Assembly (NCBI GenBank): GCA_010093815.1
Contig: ML996571.1
Length of the DNA stretch: 64,000 bases
Origin: Pseudovirgaria hyperparasitica
Lineage: Eukaryota
Reading direction: 5' to 3' (one strand)
The translations under genes and the position numbers were made by a program. The notes under the pieces were generated by a model. It was not told the DNA's origin and did not search any database. It was given only the letters and a program-made list of their open reading frames with translations. The first letter of the stretch is position 1. Each line of letters opens with the position of its first letter. This document shows positions 12,196-24,370 of this stretch, one piece after another.

Positions 12196-13152
12196 TCATG
12201 TCCTTGTAGTGACACGCCCAGTCCTTCTTGGCTGCGTAGCCTGGCCCTTCTTCATCAACAGCGCAGGAAAAACATCTGCCGCCTTCTGCCTATTGAGCGT
12301 CTTCCGGCAAATCGGACACTGGGATCTGCGAGCTTCGCCTTCGGCAACGCGTGCCTCGCCAGCAATAAGGGTTTCCATGATGCACGTATGACAAAACCAG
12401 TGGCCTGCGTCAGTCATAATATTAGTTCTACCTACGAGAAAGGTGAGCGGAAAAGATGGGTGCGTACCGCATGTAGTGACGGCGAGGTTCGTCGGACTCT
12501 CAAAGCAGATGACGCAGCGAAGATTCGACATTCGCAAAGGCTTTCCGATTTGCTCTTCTGGTGCTGTCATGGCCGTAACTTGTTGTTTACGGCTTACGTT
12601 CACAAGTGGATCCTCGTCACCGGAACTCATGACGGACTGTTGACCGTAGCTGGTCGATTTGCTTTGACTAGCTCCGTTGTTCTTCCTTATACGCTTTGTG
12701 GATGGACCGACTTCTGGAGAAGACATTGGAGAGGATTGCCCCTGAGATTCACCTTGAACGGGTGTAGTGAGGTCAACGATGCTATGAGAGTTGTTGGGCA
12801 TGTCCGTGGGAGAAAATGGTGTGAAGTAGGAATTGTTTCTGTGCGGTATTTGAGGTGAATTATTGATATTGCCAGCTCCATGTGATAGTTGAGATTGTGA
12901 TTGCGAGTCTTGCGTGGTTTGCTCCTCTGTACGCCTGAGTTCGACGTGGTTCAAAATATTGTGAAAGAACGATGGCCTGCCCCACCCAGTGTCAGCGAAG
13001 CGTTGAGGAAGGGAGTCGTAGTTGTCTACTGAGCTCCAGCCATCGAGTCTCCCGAATGTGGGAAAATTGGTATGTGGACCTGAGTTATGATCGCTTCTGA
13101 CTGGGTGCCGGGAGATATTATGTATATCATCTATGTTGTCGTCTGCTGACAT
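12196..13152 (-). CDS. C3HC4 RING protein with SIM-like motif (Slx8/Rfp-like SUMO-targeted ubiquitin ligase subunit); intron 12467-12405
   Basis: After splicing: CVICFESPTNLAVTTCGHWFCHTC...CPICR at the C-terminus. IVDLT SIM-like motif in a disordered N-terminus. Start codon uncertain. Confidence 0.75.
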   Translation of the reverse strand: MSADDNIDDIHNISRHPVRSDHNSGPHTNFPTFGRLDGWSSVDNYDSLPQRFADTGWGRPSFFHNILNHVELRRTEEQTTQDSQSQSQLSHGAGNINNSPQIPHRNNSYFTPFSPTDMPNNSHSIVDLTTPVQGESQGQSSPMSSPEVGPSTKRIRKNNGASQSKSTSYGQQSVMSSGDEDPLVNVSRKQQVTAMTAPEEQIGKPLRMSNLRCVICFESPTNLAVTTCGTHPSFPLTFLVGRTNIMTDAGHWFCHTCIMETLIAGEARVAEGEARRSQCPICRKTLNRQKAADVFPALLMKKGQATQPRRTGRVTTRT

Positions 13153-13758
13153 AATAGGTATCGACGGCGCATACTGGTCAGATGAAGGTATTGAGAGGGC
13201 AATAGCGAGGTTGAAGTTACGAGGTTGGAGGTAGGATATGATCAGTCGGGAATGGTAATAGTACTCTCCTCTTCTTGGCAGTAAGAGTCAAGGCTATTTG
13301 TAGGAGTCCTGTGGGTCCAAGGCTGCTGTTCATACGTAGTTCGAATATCTGTTTTTAACTCAAGTCCTATTACGCTTGGCAATAGTGCACCCGTGGCTCC
13401 TTCTATGTTCTAGGTAGAGCTTTTCACATGCATGTACTTCTATATATATGTATACATAGTTATGATGATAAACAGACTATTCGCTAGAGATAGAAGAGAC
13501 GTAACAGTGTCCGGGCAGATGTGTACCCGAATGAATAAGTGCCAAGAGTGACAGGATTTGGGCAACTGACAGATGGATGACGCGCTATCGTCCCCGCGTT
13601 GCTCATCGAATACGCACAAGAGCCTAGGGGATTTCGCACTAATTAACTCCTAATTATGCTTTCTATCTACGGGCGTCCTTTCACCCCTACCTACTTTTCC
13701 GTCGTTACTCGGCTCTAAAGACCTCCTACTTGGTCACAGCATTATTTCATTCCTCGCC

Positions 13759-13773
13759 ATGACAGTCTACTGA
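13759..13773 (+). promoter_or_regulatory. Candidate uORF (MTVY*) 16 nt before the MIP1 start
   Basis: gccATG ACA GTC TAC TGA in good initiation context; transcription start unknown. Confidence 0.35.
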
Positions 13774-13789
13774 CAGCACTCCGCAAACT

Positions 13790-16700
13790 ATGCGATCCTG
13801 TCGTTCTGCTTCTACTGTGTGGACTCCTGCTACCTACCCTTCTCATTTTCTGCTTCCTGCCCCATCCTACCCTGCGCCGCGATGGTATCTACATCAAAGA
13901 TGCTACGCAAAACAGGTTGTGCAAAGAAGCCCTAGGAAGAAAACTCTGGCTGGTTAGATCTATCTGCATCGCGGTATAGTCGTGTTAGCTGACAAAATCC
14001 AGTTCCTGCAGAGGCTCGTTTCAACGAGATAGGTGTACAGCATCTAAGCAGTCATGTCCACGCGCAAGTCTTCCCAGGCAAGGGAACCTCCCCTCCTGAA
14101 GAGCTCGTGAACCTGTCGAAGAAACATTTAGCGCAGCATGACTTGCTGGGCAGAAATGAAGACACCAGCACTCCTGTCGCTTTCGATCTTCCACCTATCC
14201 AGGGAGCAACCCTTGATGAGCACTTTCATAGACTGGGTATGGATATTGCAGAACCATATCTGACTATGGCAAAGAAGTATGCGTATGCAAACTCTCCACC
14301 TCGGCCTCGAAAATGGTTGAGTCGCAGCGGTTGGACAAAGTACAACAGCGACGGAACAACAGAAGCAGTCGATGCGCCGAATGAATCTATGCTCACATTT
14401 GACGTAGAAGTCATGTATAGACAAACGTCTTTCGCATGTATGGCATGTGCCGCTAGTCCCACAGCATGGTATGCATGGATATCACCCTGGTTATTGAAAG
14501 AATCAAAGACAGACCGCCACTTGATACCCCTTGGAGATCCAGACAAGCCTAAGATTGTTATTGGACATAACGTTGGATATGACCGAGCACGAGTGGCAGA
14601 GGAGTATACTATCAAACAATCGAAGACGTTTTTTATAGACACAATGTCTCTGCACGTTGCCACCAACGGAATGTGCTCACGGCAGCGGCCGACATGGATG
14701 AAACACCAGAAGAGCCGGGAACTTCGAGATAAGATCGCAGGCTCAGACGATGGTACGGAACTGGCTAATCTGTTAGAATCGAATAAATTCACTGAAGAAG
14801 AGGAAGAATTGTGGGTCAGCAAAAGCTCCATTAATTCACTTCGCGATGTTGCAAAATTTCATTGTAACATAACGATTGATAAAGCTCAGCGCGAACACTT
14901 TGGAGAACTGGATCGGGACGGCATTGCTAGAAGATTGGATGAATTACTAGACTACTGTGCCGCGGACGTCCATATTACGCACAGAGTGTTCCACAAGGTA
15001 ATGCCTCAATTCCTGGACACGTGTCCTCACCCTGTCAGCTTTGCAGCTCTCAGATTCATGGCCTCGGAGATTCTACCCATCAACGGGACCTGGGACGCAT
15101 ACATTTCTAATGCCGAGGCGACGTATCTCAAACGCTCTAACGATGTGCAAGCTCGGCTTATTGAGCTTGCAGACAAAGCTCTAAGTATTAAGGGAGACCC
15201 CAAACAATGGGAGCATGATCCCTGGCTAGGACAGCTTGACTGGTCTGGACAGGACATCAAGATGGTCAAGGGCAAGAAGAAGAGTGACCCTCCACGACCT
15301 GCTGCACGACAGAAATTGCCAGGTAGACCTATGTGGTACAAGGACTTGTTTGCTAAGAAAGATGGACCCATCAATTTGACAGTCCGTACTCGCCTGTCTC
15401 CTATCTTGCTTCGCCTGGCTTGGGATGGCTACCCATTGTTTTGGTCAGATAAGTATGGCTGGACATATCGTGTCCCTGTAGAAGAGGCTCAGAAATACTT
15501 TGATGCCAGCTTGAGTGGATGTGACATGTCTCAAGAAACGAGCATGACTCGCAGAGACGACAGGAAGCATATCTACTTCAAATTACCCCACAAAGACGGG
15601 CCACTTGCGCGTTGCGCAAACCCTCTTGCTAAGGGTTATCTCCAGTATTTTGAGCAAGGCAGACTGTCTTCCGAATTTCCATTGGCGAAAGAAGCTTTGG
15701 AGATGAACGCGTCTTGTTCGTACTGGGTCAGTGCTAGAGACCGTATCATGTCTCAGATGGTTGTCTACAAAGACGACATAATCCGTGCCACTGGTGGTAA
15801 ACCAGTGAAGAAAGCCGAGAAGAAGCTCGGCTTCATTCTACCTCAGGTCATCCCGATGGGTACCATCACTCGCAGAGCAGTGGAGAACACGTGGCTCACG
15901 GCCAGTAATGCCAAGAAGAACCGTGTCGGATCTGAATTAAAATCGATGGTTCAGGCCCCACCAGGTTACTGTTTCGTGGGTGCGGACGTGGATTCCGAGG
16001 AGCTTTGGATTGCAAGCCTGGTTGGAGATGCGCAGTTTCAACTCCATGGGGGCAATGCACTTGGGTTTATGACACTCGTCGGCACTAAAGCAGCTGGGAC
16101 TGACTTGCATTCGCGGACGGCTAACATTCTTGGGATATCGCGTAACGACGCGAAGGTATTCAACTATGGACGAATATACGGGGCTGGATTGAAGTTTGCG
16201 TCACAGTTACTCAGACAGTTCAATCCAGGGTTGGGTGAACAAGAAACAAACTCTACTGCTAGAAAGCTGTATGAGGAGACCAAAGGAGCGAAAACCACGC
16301 GCAAGGTATTGAATGACAGACCGTTCTGGCGTGGCGGAACGGAGTCATTTGTCTTCAATAAGCTGGAGGATTTCGCTGAGCAGGAGCGACCTCGTACACC
16401 GGTCCTCGGCGCAGGTATCACTGAAGCACTCATGCGACGTTATCTGAGCAAAGGTGGCTTCATGACTTCAAGGATTAACTGGGCTATCCAGTCATCCGGA
16501 GTCGATTATCTTCATCTCCTTATAGTCTCTATGGACTATCTTATTCGACGGTTCGATCTTGATGCACGTCTTGCAATTACTGTTCACGACGAGATCCGCT
16601 ACATTTCTAGCGTTCGAGACAAATACCGGACCGCGATGGCTCTTCAGGTGGCTAATATATGGACACGTGCTATGTTCAGCCAACAGGTGGGTATGGATGA

Positions 16701-17232
16701 ACTGCCCCAGGCCTGTGCCTACTTTTCTGCGGTGGATATCGACCATGTGCTACGTAAAGAGGTCGATATGGACTGTATCACTCCATCCAATCCTATCCCT
16801 ATCGCCCCAGGCGAAAGTGTTGACATTGAGACACTCCTTGCGAAGGGTGAAGAAGCATATCTTGACCCTCTAGTAGAGCCTCGCCTCCCTCTGGATCTCT
16901 CGAAATACACATACGTTACACGCACGCCAGTCATGACAGACATGATCGCTGATAATTCCCTTGCTTTTCTCAAAGCTCAAACCACCAGCGACGACAAAGA
17001 GTTGCGAGACATCGTAAAACAGGTTCAGCCCCCGCGGGCCATCCGCAAAAATGTAGAGAAAAGAACGGAGACTTCTCGCCCTCACTACCATCCACAACAA
17101 GCCAAAATGAAGCAAGTTGACGAAGCGTGGACGATGCGTCGCTATGCTCAGAAGTGGGAGCCGAAGAAGAACCAGACTTGGACGCATCTGCAATCCCCGA
17201 ATTTAACTGGTCGTTCCTCGTTTAGGGTCTGA
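13790..17232 (+). CDS. MIP1: Mitochondrial DNA polymerase gamma; intron 13953-14002
   Basis: Exonuclease motifs FDVE and GHNVGYDR; polymerase motifs VGADVDSEELWIA, AKVFNYGRIYGAG and ITVHDEIRY. Exon 1 splices in frame to ARFNEIGVQ. Confidence 0.97.
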
Positions 17233-18121
17233 CTGCCATACGAACTAGTACTAGCTTGTATGATTTGGGTCTTCATACTGCTGCAGTTCCTCTCCGGAGG
17301 CTGTAGAAACACTTTCAACATTTTTACAATGTTCTGATACCGTCTGACTGTATTTAGAGTCTTCTTTCGATGTACAAACAGTGCAATGCTGTTAAGGACA
17401 AATCGCATCAGGACCCTTACTAAATCCAGATTAATTGCACCTACGACGAGACGACTTCCTACCAGGCTCAGCCTATTTTGAAACCCTGGTTGCCGATTGC
17501 TTGGAAAACTATAGCCAGGTTAGATATACAAAGAGTACTAGAGACCTGGATACTTCGCTAACAGATTGAAATAATAGACGATAATACCCAAGCTAAATTA
17601 TCTATACTAATGATCTAGCCGGAAGAATGAAACACACAACCGACAAGTGAAATAGTTTGGTACAAGATTCAAGGTACAATTTTGATTCTTGTGACTGTAG
17701 CCATCTACTCGAAGGATGACGCGAGTTCGAGAACCAAGATGAGGGGGGCCATCTCAAAGTCATGTCAGAGACGACTTCTTGGCGTCAAAGTCAAAGTCAC
17801 CACATTTTGTGGGTATCAGGTAGTTCTCCGAAAGTCCCTATTTCGGTACTAATCATCTCCTCTCCTAACGAGTTAAGGTTCGAATCACGTGGGGTTTTGG
17901 CGGTTCCACCAATCAGTCATATACACATCCACGGTTAGATTTAGCGGGTGTTGGGGACCCTTGGGATATAGCCCGAGGTCATCATGCTAGACGACAGACA
18001 TCTCCTCTTTTGGAATGTAATTGAACAAGATGGCTGGGAAGTCATCGTGCCCCCTTTGCCCTAGGCCAAATAAACATAAAAAATAATTTCGCTTTCATAA
18101 GTTCTTGGCGCGGCCGGCAAT

Positions 18122-20260
18122 ATGCTATATAAATTACGTTTCCGGATTCCAGTCCCGGAGGTTGACCTTCCAACATACCTTTTCAAGCTCCTACAGATCC
18201 AATCCGAAGCTATTTAATTTATCGACACTAGAGATCCAGATTAACGTTACATTACGATGCAAACTCACCGCCGATGGTCGAGACGCTTAGGAATTATTCT
18301 CCAAAAGGCTGGATTGAAACCTGGCGATAGGGTGCTCCTGTTCAGTGGCAATTCAGTATGTTTCCCATGCGTTCTGATGGGGGGCATAATGGCGCAGGGC
18401 ACTTTCTCCTGTGCAAATCCAGGATATGTTGCTCGGGAGCTTGCATATCAACTAGCAGATTCCAGTGCCACCTTCCTAATTTGCGCAGAAGTGAGTATGC
18501 CGACCGCCATAGACGCTACCAATGAATTCGGCTTTCCCAATGATCGGATTTTCATTTTCGATGACAGCTAGAAGACTTTTGAGGGCCGGGTCAGGACGTT
18601 AACGGCATGAAGCACTGGACCACTTTTCTTCCAGCGAGGGAAAGGCAAAAAGTTGGGGTTTGGAAGCAGATATCGTCTGCGAGTGAACTTAACTGTACGA
18701 CTGTCTGCCTCAACTACAGCTCTGGAATAACCGGGTGGTCCCAAAGGCGTCGAGATCACACATTGAAATTACGTTGCCAACTGTGAAGGGGCTAATTATC
18801 TTGTACAGCTCGATACTGCAGATAGAAAACACTGAGGTAAGAGGCGAGATCTGCTGTTCTTAGTAATGTATAACGCAATGGCCCAAACAAATCTTGTTGT
18901 GTCTGCTCCATTGCTTGGGAGTCAAGTGTTCATTATGCCAAAATTTGACTTCGAGCCGACGTTAGCGAGTATTCAAACTTTCAAGATCACCAAACTCGTA
19001 CTGCTGCCCCGATAGTGCTTGCGATAGCAAAGTCACCTTCGACAAAGAAGTATGACTTAAGCTCCGTGTACCGAGCTGGATGTGGTGCTGCTCCGCTGGG
19101 GCTAGAGCTGACGAGGAAATATGAGAGACTATGGTCGAACAGGCAGATTAATGTGAAGCAGGGCTGGGGTATGACAGAGTAGGTCAGACTATGCCGATGG
19201 GCCCGAAGCAGAGGGCTTATGTGAGGTTTAGAGCCACATGTACCGTGACTAATTGGGACCCAAACAAAGTTCGACCACTTTCTCTGTGTGAGAGCTGGCT
19301 CCGAATGTCCAAACTCGGTTGATTGCCCCGGGTGGCAAAGATGATGTGCCCAGGGGCCAACGTGGCGAAAGTTGGGTCAAAGGTCCAACCGTAATGAAAG
19401 GATACTGGAACAAGCCGAAGGAGACCGAAGAGACATTCGCCGATGGCTGGCTGAAAACAGGGGGCATCGCCGTGATCGATGACGAAGGAGAAGTTACTAT
19501 TGTCAATCAAATGAAAGTAGTAGGAACTGAGATCTCGTTATGATGTGACATAATTAGCTGTTTGTCAAGTAGGAACTTATCAAAGTAAAGGGGCTCCATG
19601 TGGCACCGGCTGAACTAGAAGCTCTACCTTTGGAGAACAAGGATGTCGCGGATGCTGCTTTTATAGGCGTATCGATGTTAGGGCCATTGTCGTCCGTTGA
19701 CGTACTACAGTATCTAAAAATTTCATAGTGACAATGAAGAGCGTCCCCGGGCATACATCATCCCACAAGAGGGTGCTATAGCCGGCGAGAAGGACATCTC
19801 TGATTACCTCGCTGGTAGAGTGTCGAAGGCCAAGCGGTCGACCGGTGATGTCATATTCACAAAGGACATATCGAAGAATCCAGTAAGTTGGCAGGCATAT
19901 TGAGCCAAACAACAGGGGCTCCAGGTAGTCACCGATCGCTCTCACAAAACCACACCCAAGACTAATAACTTCAACCACTCATATAGCCTGATAAAGTAAC
20001 TACCTTGTACTTAAAACTTAAGGAATAGAGTCTGCTTATCTATATTCTTCTAAAAATGTATGATTTAATAGGAATTAGGGGTTATCTAGTAAGGTCCTCA
20101 CCTAAAAAGAGCGATCGGTGCCTACCTGGAGCCCCTGTTGAAAAGTCGCTTATGGTCGATGTTAATAGGTTCCAGTTGGGTGAGATCCTCCGAAAAGTAT
20201 TGCGCGAGCGGGCGATGAGAGATTGGGGGGCAATTCAGGATCGAAGCAATTCAAGCTGCA
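18122..20260 (+). pseudogene. 4-coumarate-CoA ligase / luciferase-like acyl-CoA synthetase pseudogene
   Basis: Recognisable blocks: [84 protein letters not shown]. Stops at 18569, 18764 and 19289; frameshift in the P-loop; TGD changed to TGG. Confidence 0.88.
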
Positions 20261-21307
20261 GGATGTATGTCATGTGCATTTGTCAAAGTTTGTCTGTTTG
20301 CTTCATTAGCAATTGATTCCATGATCTGGACACAGAACAAATTCGGTTGTGCATACAAGGTCTGAGAAGTACGCTATTATTTGAAGTGGTCCGATAAGTT
20401 CCTCATCAGCGTCAAGTACATATCTTTACGATGGCTATTAGCTGTTGATAAATCTTGACAGTACAGCGGACTTGTAAGTCCTTGATGCGTATTGATAACT
20501 TCAAAAACTTATGTGAACATGCAGACCAATATGAGAGTAGTGGGTATGTGTTCTTATGAAAGGAGGTTTTGTAAGCGGCCGCTGCTGGTATAGGTTTTAC
20601 AATTCTTCGCATACGGGTCCGCTGCCTTTGTTGTATGTTGCGTCTGTGGCCTCAATTGCTCCTCGTGCCATTCCGCGAAGCCCGTAATTCGTCCATCTTT
20701 GCCACACGCTCTTTAAACTCATCGTACTGACATTTCTCGTATGAATGTCTCTCGTCCTGTCTTGTTTTAGGCTCGAAGCTATCAAGGGTTTGTGAGGATT
20801 TGAGCCTGGGTCTGGGGACACACCTCACACTTCCACGGTAGATAGAACTCATCTCTCCGGCAACGATTGAGTGGAATCAAAAGGTGGGCACAGCTATCCC
20901 GATAGGCAAGTGGAAGACGGGCTTTGGACATTTCCTCTCTCGTGGCAGCTGTCGGGTGTCAGAGTCTTTCAAGCGTCAATAGTACTCATGGAAGAACATA
21001 CGACTCGAAGGACCTCCATCCCCGAGCCCAACAGCTTCTTTGATGTTGTCCACAATTGTCATGATGGTCGTTAATAGACAATGCTGGTTTCGTCGTGCAC
21101 TCGTGCTGACATAGGGTCGTTGTAAGAGAGCTTAGACCGGTGTTGTTAAGGCACCCGGGCATCAAACCTGGAGGGGCCAAATTCGCACTACGCGCTAAAC
21201 GTACGGGAATCAATTAACCAACCAAATCCCCTCAGCGCGTCTGCAGGCGCGTCGCTCAGCTTGCGCATCTGAACTGAATTCCAGCCACTGCACAATAGGA
21301 CGATTGC

Positions 21308-23581
21308 ATGATAGATATGAGTAAGATATACTCTGCAACGTACAGTAATGTAAGAGAACGCTTCAATCACATCCGGCAGAACCACCCTTCAAAGCACTTC
21401 TCGAAAGCGCTTTGTCACATTGAAGCTGAAGCGCTAGGAGTAACTGCTAACAAGATCTTTCACAGGTGCCAGTATACGAATTCAATGCTGATGGCAACCA
21501 CATCATGCGTAGGCGAGGAGACGACTGGATTAACGCGACACATATCCTGAAAGTGGCCGACTATGACAAACCTGCTCGCACAAGAATTCTGGAGCGAGAA
21601 GTACAAAAGGGTATTCACGAGAAGGTCCAAGGCGGATACGGCAAATACCAAGGTCATTACTTCCTCTCAGGTCTTTGTACACCAGGTGCAAGATTTCATT
21701 AGTGAGCCTTTGAGCGTAGGCTGAAAACACCTTTGTCTAGGTACCTGGATACCACTATTGGATGGCCGTGCCCTTGCCGAACGTAATGGTGTACTTGAAA
21801 GACTGTTACCAATATTCGATTTTGTACCTGGAGATCGCAGCCCGCCTCCCGCACCTAAACATGCAACGGCAGCAGCTAGCAAACCCAAAGCCAGACAGAC
21901 GGCCGCCCAAAGAAGAACTGCAGCTGGTATGTCCAGAGGAACCACCAAGAACACTGCGAGAGCTAAGACCTCTGTAGCACCGCGAAGAGTTGCCGAGGAG
22001 CCCCTCACACGCTACAGTCCCGTGCCATCTGATGGAGATACTATCGTTTCGGAATCTCTGGTTGACGATGTGGATGTGCTAGGGGGCGCTCATTATTCCA
22101 GTGGACGAAGGCAGAGGCGCGGGGAGCAAATGTCATTGCAAGATCAACAACACCAAATTTGGGCGGATGGTCTTCTCGATTACTTTATGCTCCTGGAATC
22201 GGAAGATCGCTTTCCAGAACCACCAGAGCCGCCAATGGGCATTAATCTTGACCATCCTATTGATGAGAAGGGGCATACGGCAATGCATTGGGCAGCTGCA
22301 ATGGGTGATGTTGGCGTCGTTCGAGATCTCATACAACGCGGCGCCACAATCGATTGCATGAGCATGAACCAAGAGACCCCATTGATGCGTGCCGTAATGT
22401 TCACGAATAACTATGATAAACTAACCATGCCATCTATGGTCAAGGTATTCAGCCAGACCGTGGTGAAGATGGACTGGTTCGGCTCAACAGTCTTCCATCA
22501 TATTGCCGCAACGACTAGTAGCAGCAACAAATACGTCTGCGCCCGCTACTACTGCGATTGTATCTTGGACAAGCTCTCGGAGACATGGAACACGGATGAA
22601 ATTGCGCGTGTGCTGAATCAACGAGACCAGAATGGTGACACCGCAATCTTGATAGCCGCCAGGAACGGGGCGCGAAAATGCGTCCGGTCGCTCTTAGGCC
22701 GCAATGCTGATGCTTGTGTTCCAAACAACAGGGGTGAAATGGCGGATCACCATATCAAGCAACTCAATGCGCGAAGACGACAAGTCCGTCTTCGCCAAAT
22801 GTCATCGTCTCCCTTCGCGCCAGACACCAGAGTACCCTTTAGCGGTGAATCACAGTATTTCATGGGCTCAACTAGGTCAACGAATCATACGGCACCCTCG
22901 GTGTCACGACAATTCCGGTCACAGACTGCATCTCATATGATATCCAAGATACTGCCGACGATCATGGAGAAATGTGAGCAGTTAGCGGCAGCATATGAGG
23001 CAGAGCTTGAGGAAAAGGAAGTGGACTTGGCAGATGCAGAACGTGTGGTACAGAAGCGGCAAGCCGAAATCGATGCCCTGAGGCAACAAACCAGCGAGCT
23101 GGAAAATATCATGGTCGATCACTCTATGGAACTAGAAGCCAGCCAAGAGGAGGAACTCAATCGACTAATTCGAGATAGTGAGGCATTACTAGAGCTAGAG
23201 CAGAAGTCGGCTCTGCGGAAAGAAATAGCGCACGCGGAACAGCGTGCTCGTACGTCGGAACAAAGGGCAGATGACGCATCATCACTCCGCGAGCGATTCG
23301 AGCTAGCAATTCTGCTACATCGGGCACAGGAAGAGCGGCGAGGGCTTGTGAAGGATATGGTGTGCGGGCTCAGTGCAGTAGGAATGGGTGAGAGGACAAG
23401 TGAATATAAGAGGCTCCTTACCGGAGCTCTCGGAGTGAAAGAGGATGACCTAGAGGCGATGGTACCTGAGATATTGGGGGAATTGGAAGAAACACAAGAA
23501 CGAGATGTTATAGAAGAAGTGGTAGGAGATGTTCGAGCACCAGATGACATTACCATGAGCATGGGACTAGCCATATCGTGA
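21308..23581 (+). CDS. MBP1: APSES/KilA-N plus ankyrin cell-cycle transcription factor (Mbp1/Res1/Res2 family); introns 21350-21465, 21653-21740
   Basis: [14 protein letters not shown]...[11 protein letters not shown]...[16 protein letters not shown]; ankyrin repeats GHTAMHWAA and [11 protein letters not shown]-terminal coiled coil. Start at 21308 or 21317. Confidence 0.92.
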
Positions 23582-24370
23582 TGAATGCTTCACCGCCAAA
23601 GCACTATTCGTATCAATCAAAACGTGGTGTTATAGGGTATCTGTTCTCACTTTATCTCATAAGGCATAAACGATTACATGAAAACTTGTGTTAGGCAACT
23701 ATTGACGAACGAGGATAGAGACTTATTCACAAGAATTATCTAGCTACATAGGTGTCTGATATAGATTTTCTAGCTATGATATTCACGGTGGAGTGGCCTC
23801 TAACTACGCGAAATTTTCCCTTCACTTTTGCTTCTCTTATTTGTTTGAGTGTTTGAACACTTCGCCAATGCAGCTGCTGATTCACTTCAAAAGCAACCCC
23901 TTCCAGTGGCTTTACCTACTTGTGCCGACTTCTTGTGTAGGCCTCTAACCCGTACGTAGCGGCATCGAGCTACGCGAAGTCGTCTAAGCTGCTCATTGTT
24001 TTGCCATGAGACCGTCTATCGTCACAGGCTCTATGTTAATGGTAGATAGGCAGTCTGGATAAAAGCTGTACACGAAAGCCTCTCTAGAGCCGCCCTTACG
24101 AATAAATGTCTTCGGAGTGCAGTGATGATGGTAGATAGTCGAAGTCTTAGGCTGCTAGTTAGACACGGCTCTTGGTGAGTGTTACAGACGGGCTAAGATG
24201 TATATGTTTGTTAGCCACTATAGCCTGACGTCGCGGCAATGACAAGCAACCTGCATAAAATTCATTTCAGAGGCCCGTGGCGGAGAACAACACCGGATCT
24301 AATTGCGTGTTGATAGATCTGGATGATGATCAGGTGTATTTAAAAGTTGATATTGGTCAGGGAGTATCTT

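Noticed and set aside
13462..13569. ATGATGA...CTGA pair resembling a C/D snoRNA
   Set aside because: No terminal stem, and the putative guide matches the rRNA segment I recall only with a mismatch and an indel. It lies in a divergent promoter.
17877..17887. GGTTCGAATC B-box-like motif suggesting a tRNA
   Set aside because: No T-stem pairing, acceptor stem or cloverleaf around it; at most an isolated TFIIIC-like site.
18569..19291. Stops in the 4CL-like gene as A-to-I editing or readthrough sites
   Set aside because: Frameshifts and degraded catalytic motifs accompany the stops, so pseudogenisation explains them better.
20412..21213. Several short ORFs between the pseudogene and the Mbp1-like gene
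   Set aside because: No recognisable motifs or consistent splice model.
24122..24228. GTGATGA...CTGA pair resembling a C/D snoRNA
   Set aside because: No terminal stem and no recognisable rRNA complement.
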